Counted from the first letter of the stretch, positions 26,392 to 35,997 are shown. The stretch: DNA of 64,000 nt from an uncultured Gammaproteobacteria bacterium (GCA_964474805.1 CAYYTQ010000003.1:8343-72342), one strand, 5' to 3'. Made by a program: numbers and translations. Notes: a model not told the origin generated them from the letters alone.

Positions 26392-27228
26392 TCAGATGAT
26401 GTCCGCGAAATAGCGTTCAACTTTCTTAAAATAGATGGCCCCGACGGCGAGCAAGAGCAAGCAGGCCACGAAGGAGAGAGCGATCAGGAGCCAATTGATG
26501 GGCGCCGTTCCCAATAGCGCCGCACGCGCGTTTTGAATGACGCCGGTCATCGGATTAATGGCCAGGATCCACGAGCGAGAACCAGCCACGCTCGCCGGAT
26601 AGATGACCGGCGTGATGAAGAGCAGAATTTGGATGAAAAACGGGAGAACGAAACGAACATCGCGGTACTTTACGTTCACAGCCGCCAAGAAGAGCCCCCC
26701 ACCGACTGCAGCCATGAACGCGATGAAGAGAAGAAGCGGAACAACCAGTAAGCCGGCTAAGTGCGGCGTATAGCCATAATAAACCATCATCCCCACCAAA
26801 ATCAGGGCCGCGATCCCAAAATCAACCAGTTTGGTTATGACTGCCGACAGCGGCAGCACCAACCGCGGGAAATAGACCTTCGTGATGATCGCTTGGTTCG
26901 AGATGAGAACGCCGCTCGTCTCGGAAAGAGCTCCGGAAAAGAACTGCCAGAAGAGCAAACCTGTATAGACGAAGATGGGATAAGGCACGCCATCAGACGG
27001 GGCGCGCAACAACCCCCCAAAGAAGACACTAAAAACCACCATGGTCACGAGCGGCTGAAAGACAGACCACAGAATCCCGATCGCGGTTTGCTTGTAGCGA
27101 ACTTTGAGGTCACGCCACGTAAAAAAATAAAGGAGCTCCTTGTAACGCCAAATTTCGCGGGCGTCTTCCCAGCTGAGGGTCTTCTTGGGACGGATGACGG
27201 TCGTAGCGGTAGGCATAAGCGTTACCAA
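26392..27228 (-). CDS. wzm: Polysaccharide ABC exporter permease (ABC-2 type, Wzm/TagG)
   Basis: 278 aa with 6 TM helices. N-terminal YKELLYFFTWRDLKVRYKQTAIGILWSVFQPL is typical of ABC2_membrane. Confidence 0.9.
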   Translation of the reverse strand: MVTLMPTATTVIRPKKTLSWEDAREIWRYKELLYFFTWRDLKVRYKQTAIGILWSVFQPLVTMVVFSVFFGGLLRAPSDGVPYPIFVYTGLLFWQFFSGALSETSGVLISNQAIITKVYFPRLVLPLSAVITKLVDFGIAALILVGMMVYYGYTPHLAGLLVVPLLLFIAFMAAVGGGLFLAAVNVKYRDVRFVLPFFIQILLFITPVIYPASVAGSRSWILAINPMTGVIQNARAALLGTAPINWLLIALSFVACLLLLAVGAIYFKKVERYFADII

Positions 27229-27470
27229 GTGTTAATTTCATCGACAACCTTTTTTTTCAGGCTCAGATAGGAGCGGACGGCATCTTTTTCCAGATCAGGA
27301 GAAACGAGACGCAAGAGCTCCTTCCCAAGGAAACGGTACTGCCCGCCAACCTTGTTAGCCTGGATGAGCCCGCGTTTAAGCAGGCGCTTCATGGTGCTGG
27401 CGCTGATCTTGAGGAGCCGCTGCGACTCTTCGGTGGTATACACCTCGTGTGGACGGATCTCATTCGGCAC
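27222..27470 (-). CDS. Small helix-turn-helix DNA-binding protein (excisionase/MerR-like HTH_17 type)
   Basis: 82 aa from a GTG start. VYTTEESQRLLKISASTMKRLLKRGLIQANKVGGQYRFLGKELLRLV matches the excisionase-family HTH pattern. Its 3' end overlaps the wzm start by 7 nt. Confidence 0.65.
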   Translation of the reverse strand: MPNEIRPHEVYTTEESQRLLKISASTMKRLLKRGLIQANKVGGQYRFLGKELLRLVSPDLEKDAVRSYLSLKKKVVDEINTW

Positions 27471-27476
27471 AAAACA

Positions 27477-27505
27477 AGCCTATCGCCCCCCACAAGAAGT
27501 GTCAA
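27477..27505 (-). promoter_or_regulatory. Candidate sigma70-type promoter (TTGACA-N17-TAGGCT)
   Basis: On the minus strand TTGACA lies at 27505-27500 and TAGGCT at 27482-27477, with 17-nt spacing, inside an AT-rich gap. The -10 ends only 6 nt before the GTG at 27470, so the mRNA would be nearly leaderless. This is pattern matching only. Confidence 0.25.
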
Positions 27506-27641
27506 TATGGGTCAAGGTAGACCAATTATTATCTATCTCTGCCACGTTTTCGAAGGGGGCTGGAGACAGCCGCACAGAGCGATTCTGCGAATTTATACCT
27601 AAATTTAGCCAAAATTTAATACAGCGCATTTTAAACCTTTC

Positions 27642-27998
27642 TTATCCATTTACGAGTGAAAACTCATGATGGTAGATCCAACCCACCCGCGCGAGGGAGA
27701 ATCCAGTCTTTTCCAAAAGGACGCTAACGATCTTCGGGTTCGGGTGGAATACATGGTCCGGATTTACGGCCGGCTCGCTTTTCGTCGGCTTCTTGGCCAG
27801 AGCAAAGAGGTTGAAGGCGATGAGCGTCGTGAGTAAGAGGCGACCGCCAGGCTTCAAGTGACACTTGGACACTTCCAGGAACTTCGCCGGATTAGCCAGA
27901 TACTCGATCAGGCAACCGGCATCGCTCATCTCAAACCGTTCCAAAAAACGAAGTCTCCAGTGCTCTCCTGCGTACATAACCCGGAAATACGGGTCCAT
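27642..27998 (-). pseudogene. N-terminally truncated class I methyltransferase remnant
   Basis: The 118-aa ORF holds only the post-motif-I part of a Methyltransf_11/23 fold (FEMSDAGCLIEYLANPAKFLEVSKCHLKPGGRLLLTT). There is no GxGxG SAM motif, and only ~50 nt separate it from the upstream gene. Confidence 0.5.
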
Positions 27999-28050
27999 CA
28001 GACAGATGTACGCTTGAAAGAAATCCTATTTGATCGAAAAACCCCTGCGG

Positions 28051-29097
28051 TTATTGGGATAGGGAGAGGACTTTGGTCATCTCATCGTACAAACGAGTAA
28101 GCGTGCGCTCGCGTTGGTGGTTCTGGACCACCCAGGCGCGAAGCGGGGTCACGTCGTACGGAACCGACAAGATACGCTCGAAGGCGGCAGCATATGCTTC
28201 CGGCACCGGTTTGGCAACGAACGCGGTCGCAGGCAGAAAATGGCGATAAGCCTCATTCCCCGTCACAACAGGACAGCCACAGGCAAGCGCCTCGAGGACA
28301 GCCTTGTCCAGACTCCCTGTCGTACTGGCATTCACGCAGATGGTCGCACGACGGTAGATATCTGGGAGCTGATCAGGGGCTAAGGCACCCAAAAACCGGA
28401 TGGAGGACTCCAAGCCTGCAGCAATAACCTGTTGGCGTAAGTGGATTTCGTGCTGACGATCCCCTTCAAGGATAGCTTCGCCAATGATTTGCAATTCGAC
28501 GGAGCGCCCATGCTTCCTCAACAGACCGACCGCCTCGATCAAGGTATCAAGATGCTTCACCGGAGAAATGCGACCGACCGTCACCAAGCTGGCAACAAAA
28601 CGGGGAGTGTTCGGATCAGGAGAAAACAGCTCGGTATCGATCGCTTGTCCCAAGATACAGCGCTTCGGCGTATCAAGTCGCATCCCATTCGCAGACGATG
28701 TGAAGACTTTAGCGCAGGCATGAACAGCTAACCGCAATCGCCACGAAACACTCCCGTGCGCATACCATAGGAAAAGCGGACGACGCGCGAGCCAGGCAAA
28801 CGGATGGGCCGCCAGGACATACAACGGGATCATAAGGACGAGGACCGCATCATGCGCTCGCACAAAACGGGTGAGCAATCGAAGCAAGGTCCAGCCTTGG
28901 GTCACCTTGGATGCGTGCTTCTCCTTTCCTAAAGAATAAACCGAAACATTTGCCGGCAAGGAGCCACAATCTCCAACGGCTTGGGCGATAACCGTGATAC
29001 GTTCCGCGTGTCTTGCAAGCTCAGCGATCCAGCGCACATGAAACGCGAGGTTCGCATCCCGCTCGTCGACACGTTGAGTGAGGAGAAGAAGATTCAT
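28051..29097 (-). CDS. Glycosyltransferase family 4
   Basis: 348 aa with VNASTTGSLDKAVLEALACGCPVVTGNEAY and N-terminal MNLLLLTQRVDERD. Confidence 0.8.
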   Translation of the reverse strand: MNLLLLTQRVDERDANLAFHVRWIAELARHAERITVIAQAVGDCGSLPANVSVYSLGKEKHASKVTQGWTLLRLLTRFVRAHDAVLVLMIPLYVLAAHPFAWLARRPLFLWYAHGSVSWRLRLAVHACAKVFTSSANGMRLDTPKRCILGQAIDTELFSPDPNTPRFVASLVTVGRISPVKHLDTLIEAVGLLRKHGRSVELQIIGEAILEGDRQHEIHLRQQVIAAGLESSIRFLGALAPDQLPDIYRRATICVNASTTGSLDKAVLEALACGCPVVTGNEAYRHFLPATAFVAKPVPEAYAAAFERILSVPYDVTPLRAWVVQNHQRERTLTRLYDEMTKVLSLSQ

Positions 29098-29259
29098 ATG
29101 GATGCGAAAGACTGTTGGGAGCGTAATGAAACCGCTTGGAGAAGTAAAGAAATATACCCTCCTGCAAAGAAAAAACTACTCGAAGAGCACGAGTCGGGCT
29201 ATACAAGCAATTCATCTATCGTCAGGGGCTCGCCCGCTTTACACGCAGACCGCGCGTCA

Positions 29260-30384
29260 TCATCCTCTAGAGACGCTCGAAATCCACGTACGATACGCCC
29301 GCATCTGTAGGGACTGCGTCCAAGGAGGCGGGGTGACGGAGGCGTCCGGCGCCCGCAAACCATCTAATGCCCTCGACCAGACCAACGGATCATCAGAAGG
29401 AACGACCTGGACCAACGCTGGATGAATTTCCGCCGCTTCTGGATTGCCTCCGCAACGGCTCACGAATGAGGGGCACCCGTATTGGGCTGCTTCAAGCGGC
29501 ATATGGGGTAGGCCCTCGTACAGGGACGGGAGGAGAAAAGCGGTCGCAACACGATACCAAGACGCCAGACGCGCCGCCGAACAGCGGCCCAGCCAAACAA
29601 CACGTCCAGCAACACCAAGCTTCATCGCAAGTCGTTGCCAAACAGGCATGCAGGGACCTTCGCCCGCGACCAGCAAAACATCTGCGTCTGGCCGATGTAC
29701 AAGCATCTTCAAGAGAAGGTCGATCCGTTTCCACGGCACCAGCCGGCCACCGGCAAGCCAGAGGCGCTTTCCTTCCAGGCCAAAAGCGGCACGCAAGGAT
29801 GGTTCGGACTCATCCGGCCGTACCCGATGGACCGCGTTATAGATCACGGCGATTCGAGTCTGCGGAACACCCCAAGCGCAAACGACGCCTTGCAAGTAAC
29901 GACTGGGAACCAAGATCCGGCAGGCATAGCGTGCGACCATCCCTTGGAGCCAACGGATGAGAGCTGCGTTCAAAGAAGGCGGTTTTTCTTGCAAAAATTC
30001 GTCGAGGGAGCGGGCGTATCCGCCACGTTGCGCAGCTTCCCAAGCCACGTCTCCGACGACCTTCAGAACAAAAGGTTTTCGCGCCAACCAAGCCGCGAGA
30101 GCGGCGGGCACACCCTCCGAAACGGGACCTTGGGCAAATACCACGTCCGCTGTCCGCGCCAATACAAACGTTTGCCAGGCATAGCGGGCATACCGCCACA
30201 GAACACTCTTTCCACGGGAAACAATGGTCACGGGCACAGGTCCGGAAAGCGTGCTCGCGTCTCCATAGGTCACGATCTGAACCACATCGCCTTCCGCCCG
30301 CAACGCATCTGCAAGGTCACGGGTAAACGTGGCCGGGCCACCGATTTCTGGAGGATAGATGCCGGTCGCCAAGACCACGTTCAT
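29260..30384 (-). CDS. Glycosyltransferase family 4
   Basis: The track ORF runs to 30435. ATG at 30384 overlaps the upstream stop (ATGA) and gives MNVVLATGIYPPEIGGPATFTRDLADAL. C-terminal motif LLPSLYEGLPHMPLEAAQYGCPSFVSRCGGNPE. Confidence 0.8.
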   Translation of the reverse strand: MNVVLATGIYPPEIGGPATFTRDLADALRAEGDVVQIVTYGDASTLSGPVPVTIVSRGKSVLWRYARYAWQTFVLARTADVVFAQGPVSEGVPAALAAWLARKPFVLKVVGDVAWEAAQRGGYARSLDEFLQEKPPSLNAALIRWLQGMVARYACRILVPSRYLQGVVCAWGVPQTRIAVIYNAVHRVRPDESEPSLRAAFGLEGKRLWLAGGRLVPWKRIDLLLKMLVHRPDADVLLVAGEGPCMPVWQRLAMKLGVAGRVVWLGRCSAARLASWYRVATAFLLPSLYEGLPHMPLEAAQYGCPSFVSRCGGNPEAAEIHPALVQVVPSDDPLVWSRALDGLRAPDASVTPPPWTQSLQMRAYRTWISSVSRG

Positions 30385-31526
30385 ACCCGCAAGGCCTGGA
30401 TCATCGCATGGATGCGGTCGGCGATGCCTTGCCAAGCGTAACCCTCACGGATGAGGCGCGGACCGGCGTGGGTCAATTTTTCGCGTAAGGCGGCATCATC
30501 CAAAAGCCGTCGGACGGTTTGGGCGACCGAAGCCGGATCATGCGGCTGGCAGAACACGCCGGTCTCACCATCGACCAAGAAATCCGGAATCCCCCCGACT
30601 GGTGTGCCAATGGTCGGTAGCCCAACAGCCATAGCCTCCAGAAACGAGATCCCCAAACCTTCCGACAAGGAGGCGCGAATAAATAAGTCCGAGGCGCGCA
30701 ACAAGCCCGGCAGCTCGGCGTGGTCGCGCTTCCCCAAAAACTGGACGCGCTCGCCGACGCCTTTTTCGATGACCAACGCCTTTAACTTGTCTTCATCAGC
30801 CCCTTCGCCGACGATCAGGAACTTCACGCGTTCCGGAAGGGACGGTAGAGCGCGGATAACATCGTCGATACCATTCTTGAGCGTTAGGCGTGACGTGGTC
30901 GTGAGTACAACGTCCGTGGGCGTGTAACCAAGAGATTTCCGCAACGCCAGACGGTCTTCTTCCGAAAACGGTTGGTTGAAGCGTTCGATATCTACCCCGT
31001 TCGGGATCACCTGAGGAGCAACGCGAGCGCCCATGCGGACGGCCCACTTCGCCAAGAAATGGCTAATCGCCTGCACGGCATCGGCCCGTTGGAAGATCTT
31101 CCGGAAGAGGCCGCGAAACCAACCAACGCGCTGGTCGATGTATTCGAGCGGGTCCCCCTCCTGCAGCGTGAGCAGGAAGCGAGTCTTAGGCCGCATCCAG
31201 GCATAAAACAAGGCAGCAAAGCCGTTATAGCTCGCCATCAGCGACCAAATGACCGGACGCTCAACGTGACGCTGAATCCACCACGCCCGCCACGGCGCAA
31301 GCACTGCTAAGAGGTACTTGTCGATGTGATGTCCGATCCCCAACCGATGGACCAGGACATTACCGATCCGCTCGCAGGCCGGCAAGCCTGGACGGATTTG
31401 TGCCGTAATCAGGTGAAATTCCTCCTGCGGCAAGCGGTCGGTGATCTCTTTCATGGCCACTTCGGCCCCACCCACCAGCGGGAAATACGCGGTGGAGAAA
31501 ATGACGATCGGATCGGGTTTGGACAT
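30381..31526 (-). CDS. Glycosyltransferase family 4
   Basis: 381 aa with IVIFSTAYFPLVGGAEVAMKEI and IRASLSEGLGISFLEAMAVGLPTIGTPVGGIPDFL. Confidence 0.85.
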   Translation of the reverse strand: MSKPDPIVIFSTAYFPLVGGAEVAMKEITDRLPQEEFHLITAQIRPGLPACERIGNVLVHRLGIGHHIDKYLLAVLAPWRAWWIQRHVERPVIWSLMASYNGFAALFYAWMRPKTRFLLTLQEGDPLEYIDQRVGWFRGLFRKIFQRADAVQAISHFLAKWAVRMGARVAPQVIPNGVDIERFNQPFSEEDRLALRKSLGYTPTDVVLTTTSRLTLKNGIDDVIRALPSLPERVKFLIVGEGADEDKLKALVIEKGVGERVQFLGKRDHAELPGLLRASDLFIRASLSEGLGISFLEAMAVGLPTIGTPVGGIPDFLVDGETGVFCQPHDPASVAQTVRRLLDDAALREKLTHAGPRLIREGYAWQGIADRIHAMIQALRV

Positions 31527-31541
31527 ACGAACAGAAATGGG

Positions 31542-32489
31542 TTATTCCGCCTGTAAACGGGTACGGAAATCGTCGATCGTGCGCTGCAAGCCCTCCCGCA
31601 GCTGGACCCGCGGCTCCCAGCCGAGGCGCGCCTTCGCCAGCGTGATGTCGGCCTGGCGCTGCTTCGGATCGTGGTCCACGGTGGACAGGAAGGTGACGCC
31701 CGAAGAGGTGGCCGTCAGCTCGCGCACCAGGTCAGCCAACTGCCTGATCGTGAACTCGTAGGGATTGCCGAGGTTCACCGGCCCCGTGAAGCCGTCGGCC
31801 TGGATCATGCGCATCATCCCCTCGATCAGGTCGTCGACGTACTGGAACGAGCGGGTATACGAGCCGTCGCCGTACATCGTCAGGTCTTCGCCCCGCAAGG
31901 CCTGCAACACGAAGTTGGAGACGACGCGCCCGTCATCAAAGGCCATGCGCGGGCCGTACGTATTGAAGATACGGATGACGCGGATGTCGACACCATGCTC
32001 ACGATGGTAATCAAAGCAGAGGGTTTCGGCACAGCGTTTGCCTTCGTCGTAACAGCCGCGTCGCGAGATCGGGTCGACATTGCCCCAATAGGCCTCGGTT
32101 TGGGGATGGACCAGCGGATCGCCGTAGACTTCCGACGTGGACGCCTGCAGGATGCGTGCCCCCACCTCTTTCGCGAGCTCCAGCAGGTTCGCCATGCCGA
32201 TGACGTTCGTGCGCACGGTCGCGACCGGGTCAAATTGGTAATGCTTCGGACTCGCCGGACATGCCAAATTGAAGATCCATTCGACCTTCGCGAAAAACGG
32301 CTGCTGGACGTCGTGCTTCACGAACTGGAAGCGCGGATGCGTAAGCAAGTGCTCGATGTTGCGCTTTGAACCAGTGAAGAGGTTGTCCAAGCAGATGACC
32401 TCATGACCGTCCGCGATGAGCCGATCGCAAAGATGGGAACCGAGAAACCCGGCCCCACCCGTCACCAGCACGCGGTGGGCGGCAGGCAT
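31542..32489 (-). CDS. UDP-glucuronate decarboxylase (UDP-xylose synthase, UXS-type SDR)
   Basis: 315 aa with [75 protein letters not shown] and [11 protein letters not shown]. All are canonical UXS motifs. Confidence 0.9.
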   Translation of the reverse strand: MPAAHRVLVTGGAGFLGSHLCDRLIADGHEVICLDNLFTGSKRNIEHLLTHPRFQFVKHDVQQPFFAKVEWIFNLACPASPKHYQFDPVATVRTNVIGMANLLELAKEVGARILQASTSEVYGDPLVHPQTEAYWGNVDPISRRGCYDEGKRCAETLCFDYHREHGVDIRVIRIFNTYGPRMAFDDGRVVSNFVLQALRGEDLTMYGDGSYTRSFQYVDDLIEGMMRMIQADGFTGPVNLGNPYEFTIRQLADLVRELTATSSGVTFLSTVDHDPKQRQADITLAKARLGWEPRVQLREGLQRTIDDFRTRLQAE

Positions 32490-32571
32490 AGATGGCCCCT
32501 ATTATAGCCAATAATCCGGCTTTCGACAAGGGAATCTTGGCGGCCACGGCCGGGACCGGTACCCTGGAGAC

Positions 32572-33690
32572 ATGCCGACCGACCAAGCCCCCATCGCCCT
32601 TGCCATCACCCTCGCCAAGCCGGGCGGGACGACGTCGTTCGTGTTCCGGTTCGCCCAGTGGCTCCAGACCCAGGGGGAACGCGTCATTATCCTGGTCGGA
32701 GAGGAAGGGACTTGGCTAGAAGAGCGCTGCGCGGAGGCCAAGATCCCTCTCCAACGACTTCCTCACCTCCGACGAGCGATCCACCCCTGGCACGATTTCT
32801 GGGCTATTTCTGCCTTCCGGAGGGCCTTACGAGAAATCCAGCCGAAGGCTCTCCACCTGAACAGCTCGAAAGCAGGAGTCATCGGCTCTTTGGCGGGGCG
32901 CTTGGAGCACGTGGGACCAATCGTCTATTGCATCGGCGGGTGGGCCGCCTTAGACGCCCGCTCATCCCTCCAGCGCGCCGCCTACCTTTGGCCGGAACGT
33001 GTATCCGCCGGCTGGAAAGACACGATCGTCTGCCTCCACCCCGGGGACCTGGCTTTTGCCAAAGAGAACGGAATCCAACCACGGTCCAGGCTCGCGCTGA
33101 TTCCGAACGGGATCGACGCGCCGGCCATGCGCCAGGAGCTCTTGGAACGTACCCAGGCCCGGCATCGCCTCAACCTGCCAAAAGAAGGCTTCATTGTGGG
33201 AACGATCGCCAACTTCTATCCCGCGAAAGACCTCCCCGCCGCCTGCGCCGCCTACGCGCAAGTCCATCGAGCGCATCCGGAGGTCCGCTTTTGCCTCATC
33301 GGGGAAGGCCCTGAGCGGCCGCATATCGAAGCTGCGATCCAGAAACATGGGCTCGGAAAAGCGGTGTTCGTCGTAGGGGCCCGCGAACAGGCGTCCCAAT
33401 TCCTCAAGGCGTTCGACCTGTTCGTCCTGCCTTCCAACAAAGAAGGGATGCCGTTCGTCCTGCTGGAAGCGGCCGCGGCCGGGCTCCCGATCGTCACGAC
33501 GGATGTCGGTGCGCATGCCTGGATGCTGCCGGAAGCGACCATCGTACCACCGCAACAACCGACGGCGCTCGCCCAGGCCATCCTGAGGGCCATCGACGAC
33601 CCACAGACCCCGTCATACGAGAAGAGCTTAGCCCGCTTCGACGAAGAGACGTGCTTCCGAGCCCATCTCAACCTCCTCGCAAACAAATAG
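32572..33690 (+). CDS. Glycosyltransferase family 4
   Basis: 372 aa with FVLPSNKEGMPFVLLEAAAAGLPIVTTDVGAH. Confidence 0.85.
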   Translation: MPTDQAPIALAITLAKPGGTTSFVFRFAQWLQTQGERVIILVGEEGTWLEERCAEAKIPLQRLPHLRRAIHPWHDFWAISAFRRALREIQPKALHLNSSKAGVIGSLAGRLEHVGPIVYCIGGWAALDARSSLQRAAYLWPERVSAGWKDTIVCLHPGDLAFAKENGIQPRSRLALIPNGIDAPAMRQELLERTQARHRLNLPKEGFIVGTIANFYPAKDLPAACAAYAQVHRAHPEVRFCLIGEGPERPHIEAAIQKHGLGKAVFVVGAREQASQFLKAFDLFVLPSNKEGMPFVLLEAAAAGLPIVTTDVGAHAWMLPEATIVPPQQPTALAQAILRAIDDPQTPSYEKSLARFDEETCFRAHLNLLANK

Positions 33691-33693
33691 CCG

Positions 33694-33742
33694 AAAGAAA
33701 GACGGAGCGAACGGGATTTAGATCCTTCGTCGCTCCGTTTTA
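33694..33742. terminator. Bidirectional rho-independent terminator between convergent genes
   Basis: The long imperfect hairpin ACGGAGCGAACGGGAT-TTAG-ATCCTTCGTCGCTCCGT is followed by TTTT on the + strand and preceded by GAAAGAAA (a T-run on the minus strand). Confidence 0.65.
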
Positions 33743-33750
33743 AGCTGTCG

Positions 33751-35997
33751 TTAGCGGGTGGGAGCCGAAGCCGCTTCGAGCTCGGCGACGCTCTGCTCGT
33801 ACTTTTGCTTCCCACCAGGGAAAAGGCGCTCGACCTGGTCCACGAAACGCGTCTCCAGGTCCTTGCGGCCAGCAAGACGGGATTGGTAGGCGAATTGGTA
33901 GTAAGGACCCTCACCCCCAGCGCTGTCATCGGATCCGACCTGGTTAGCCCAGGCGTCCAACTCTGCCCCGCGGCCAAGGATACGGTACGCGTGGAACACG
34001 GGCACCAGCTCGCGGATATTGCTCGGACCGTACGGGAACGGCTTCTCCAAGGCGGAAACGATTAATCGCGCCCCGTCTTGCTCGCGCTGGAGGTCGAAGA
34101 GATACGTCAGCCCCGCCATCCAATCGCCATAGCCGTTCTCCGGATCAGCATCCTGGATGGCCTTGATCTGGGCCAGGGCGTCATCGATCCGGTTTTGCGA
34201 GATATAGAGACGAGCCAACCCTTCGTGGAGCTGCTGGCGCTTGGGGCTATAGGTCAGAGCCACTTTGAATTGCTCTTCTGCTTCCGTGGCCTGGTTAGGC
34301 ATGAATTCGGCCGTATCCGCGAGCAAACGAGCGTACACATACCGGATGTAGCTGTTCTTCGGGTGCCGATCCGTCTCCTGCTTGCCGGCGGCCTTCGCGA
34401 CATTGATCCATTCTTGCCATTGTGGGACCTTCGTGAGATTACTGCCGACGCCCACAAGGGTACGCGTCAGCAGGAAGACCTGCTCATCACGGTAAGGCGT
34501 CCAGATGCGCATGGAATCTTGGATGTTCTGGAGCGCGGAGGCCTGCGGAAAGAGCTGGCTCGCCTTGATCGTCAGGAAAGACGCCCGGAACGGCAAGATC
34601 GACGTGCGCCAGACCAACAGTCCCGCCAACAGGAAGACCGGAGCGGCCACCCAGACCCGCAGGTTCCGCGGCGTCGCATCTTCCGGATGTGCCGGCGAAG
34701 AGGCCAGGAACCCGGGACTGGTCGCCGCGATCACGAGCCCGAACATAAGGTAGCTCAGTACGAACCCAGCCGGATGGTCGAAGACAAACAAGTTCTGCAC
34801 GAAATAGGCGACCGGCAAGGCAACCAGGAACGACGCGAACACATGGTCGATCCACCCGCGCTTATAGGCCCGATACACCGACCAAAACAAGCAGAGAAAG
34901 ATCCCGATATATGTGAGGAATCCCAGGACCCCCGTCATCGATAGGACGTCGAGGACCGTGTTGTGGGCCCGGTCAAACCAGGTCTCGTACAGCGAATACC
35001 GCAACGAGATCGGGTTGTAATGCATGTTGAAGATGATGTGGAAGGTGTCCAACCCCCATCCGAAGACGGTGCGTAAAGGAGCCTCCAGGAAGCTTTCCCA
35101 AGCAATGCGCCACGCAATGAAGCGCGTCGAGGCGGTGGAAGAGAAATCCAGAAACCGATTTAGCCGCAAGGCTTGAACCACCTCGGTGCCGCGCGCAAGG
35201 TATAAAATCCCATACCCAACCATAGCGGCCACAACTGAACCGACTGCCGCGATCCGATTGCGGCGACGCTCCGATGTAATACCAAAGAACACCGCAAAGG
35301 CAACCAATCCCACGAATAATCCCACCAAAGGCCCGCGTGACTGGGATGCCGCAAAACCAGCGACGCCCAACAAGCTCAAGACTCCATAAGCGACCCACCA
35401 GCCCCGTATACGCGTTTTAAAGGCGAGCAGGGCCAGGATAAAGAACGCGAACATCTGGTACATCCCCATGTAGATCGGGTTATCGAGAATACCGCCTACA
35501 CGATCCCCCGCCCGGTAGAAGAACACTTCGGGATTCACCCACCGTTGCCAGATCGCGGTAAGCGCAACAGCCCCACCCACGAAGGCCTGCACCCGCAAGA
35601 ATGTCTCCCACTCTTTCCAGGTACGCAACATCCCGATAAGCATCACGAGCCACGCCAGGAAATGCAAGAGCGTGAAATACCCGTTCATGCGCTCCTGGTT
35701 GCCCCACCACGAGCGGAGCGGATCGATCGAGAAGACCACGGACAGGCCCATCGCCACGAAATAGGCGAGTACCGCGAAGAGCAGCGGGTGCTTACGCGGC
35801 CGGAATTCCGGCTCCATCCAAGCCAAGAGCGCATAGGCCGGAAATGTAAGGCCAACCAGGACCTGGAAGACGATCAGCTTTGAGAAAACGAAGGGAAAAA
35901 TGACCTCCTTGATGAAGACAAGCGGAATCAGCAGGCCGCCGAAGACCCCGGCCCAGGCGACCGCCTTCAGGGCGCGTACCAGCAATGGACGTGACAT
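33751..35997 (-). CDS. Wzy_C (O-antigen ligase/O-oligosaccharyltransferase family) polytopic membrane protein with C-terminal TPR-like domain
   Basis: 748 aa with ~12 hydrophobic helices over aa 1-460. Wzy_C-like region LLGVAGFAASQSRGPLVGLFVGLVAF. The C-terminal ~270 aa are soluble and TPR-like (AEEQFKVALTYSPKRQQLHEGLARLYISQNRIDDALAQIKAIQDADPENGY). Confidence 0.75.
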   Translation of the reverse strand: MSRPLLVRALKAVAWAGVFGGLLIPLVFIKEVIFPFVFSKLIVFQVLVGLTFPAYALLAWMEPEFRPRKHPLLFAVLAYFVAMGLSVVFSIDPLRSWWGNQERMNGYFTLLHFLAWLVMLIGMLRTWKEWETFLRVQAFVGGAVALTAIWQRWVNPEVFFYRAGDRVGGILDNPIYMGMYQMFAFFILALLAFKTRIRGWWVAYGVLSLLGVAGFAASQSRGPLVGLFVGLVAFAVFFGITSERRRNRIAAVGSVVAAMVGYGILYLARGTEVVQALRLNRFLDFSSTASTRFIAWRIAWESFLEAPLRTVFGWGLDTFHIIFNMHYNPISLRYSLYETWFDRAHNTVLDVLSMTGVLGFLTYIGIFLCLFWSVYRAYKRGWIDHVFASFLVALPVAYFVQNLFVFDHPAGFVLSYLMFGLVIAATSPGFLASSPAHPEDATPRNLRVWVAAPVFLLAGLLVWRTSILPFRASFLTIKASQLFPQASALQNIQDSMRIWTPYRDEQVFLLTRTLVGVGSNLTKVPQWQEWINVAKAAGKQETDRHPKNSYIRYVYARLLADTAEFMPNQATEAEEQFKVALTYSPKRQQLHEGLARLYISQNRIDDALAQIKAIQDADPENGYGDWMAGLTYLFDLQREQDGARLIVSALEKPFPYGPSNIRELVPVFHAYRILGRGAELDAWANQVGSDDSAGGEGPYYQFAYQSRLAGRKDLETRFVDQVERLFPGGKQKYEQSVAELEAASAPTR

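Noticed and set aside
32658-33977. Alternative-frame ORFs inside or opposite the GT4 gene 32572-33690 (32658-33314 +, 32962-33558 -, 33252-33977 -).
   Set aside because: The GT4 frame carries the EX7E-type motif and normal composition. The alternatives are Arg/Pro/Gly-rich, and one crosses the bidirectional terminator.
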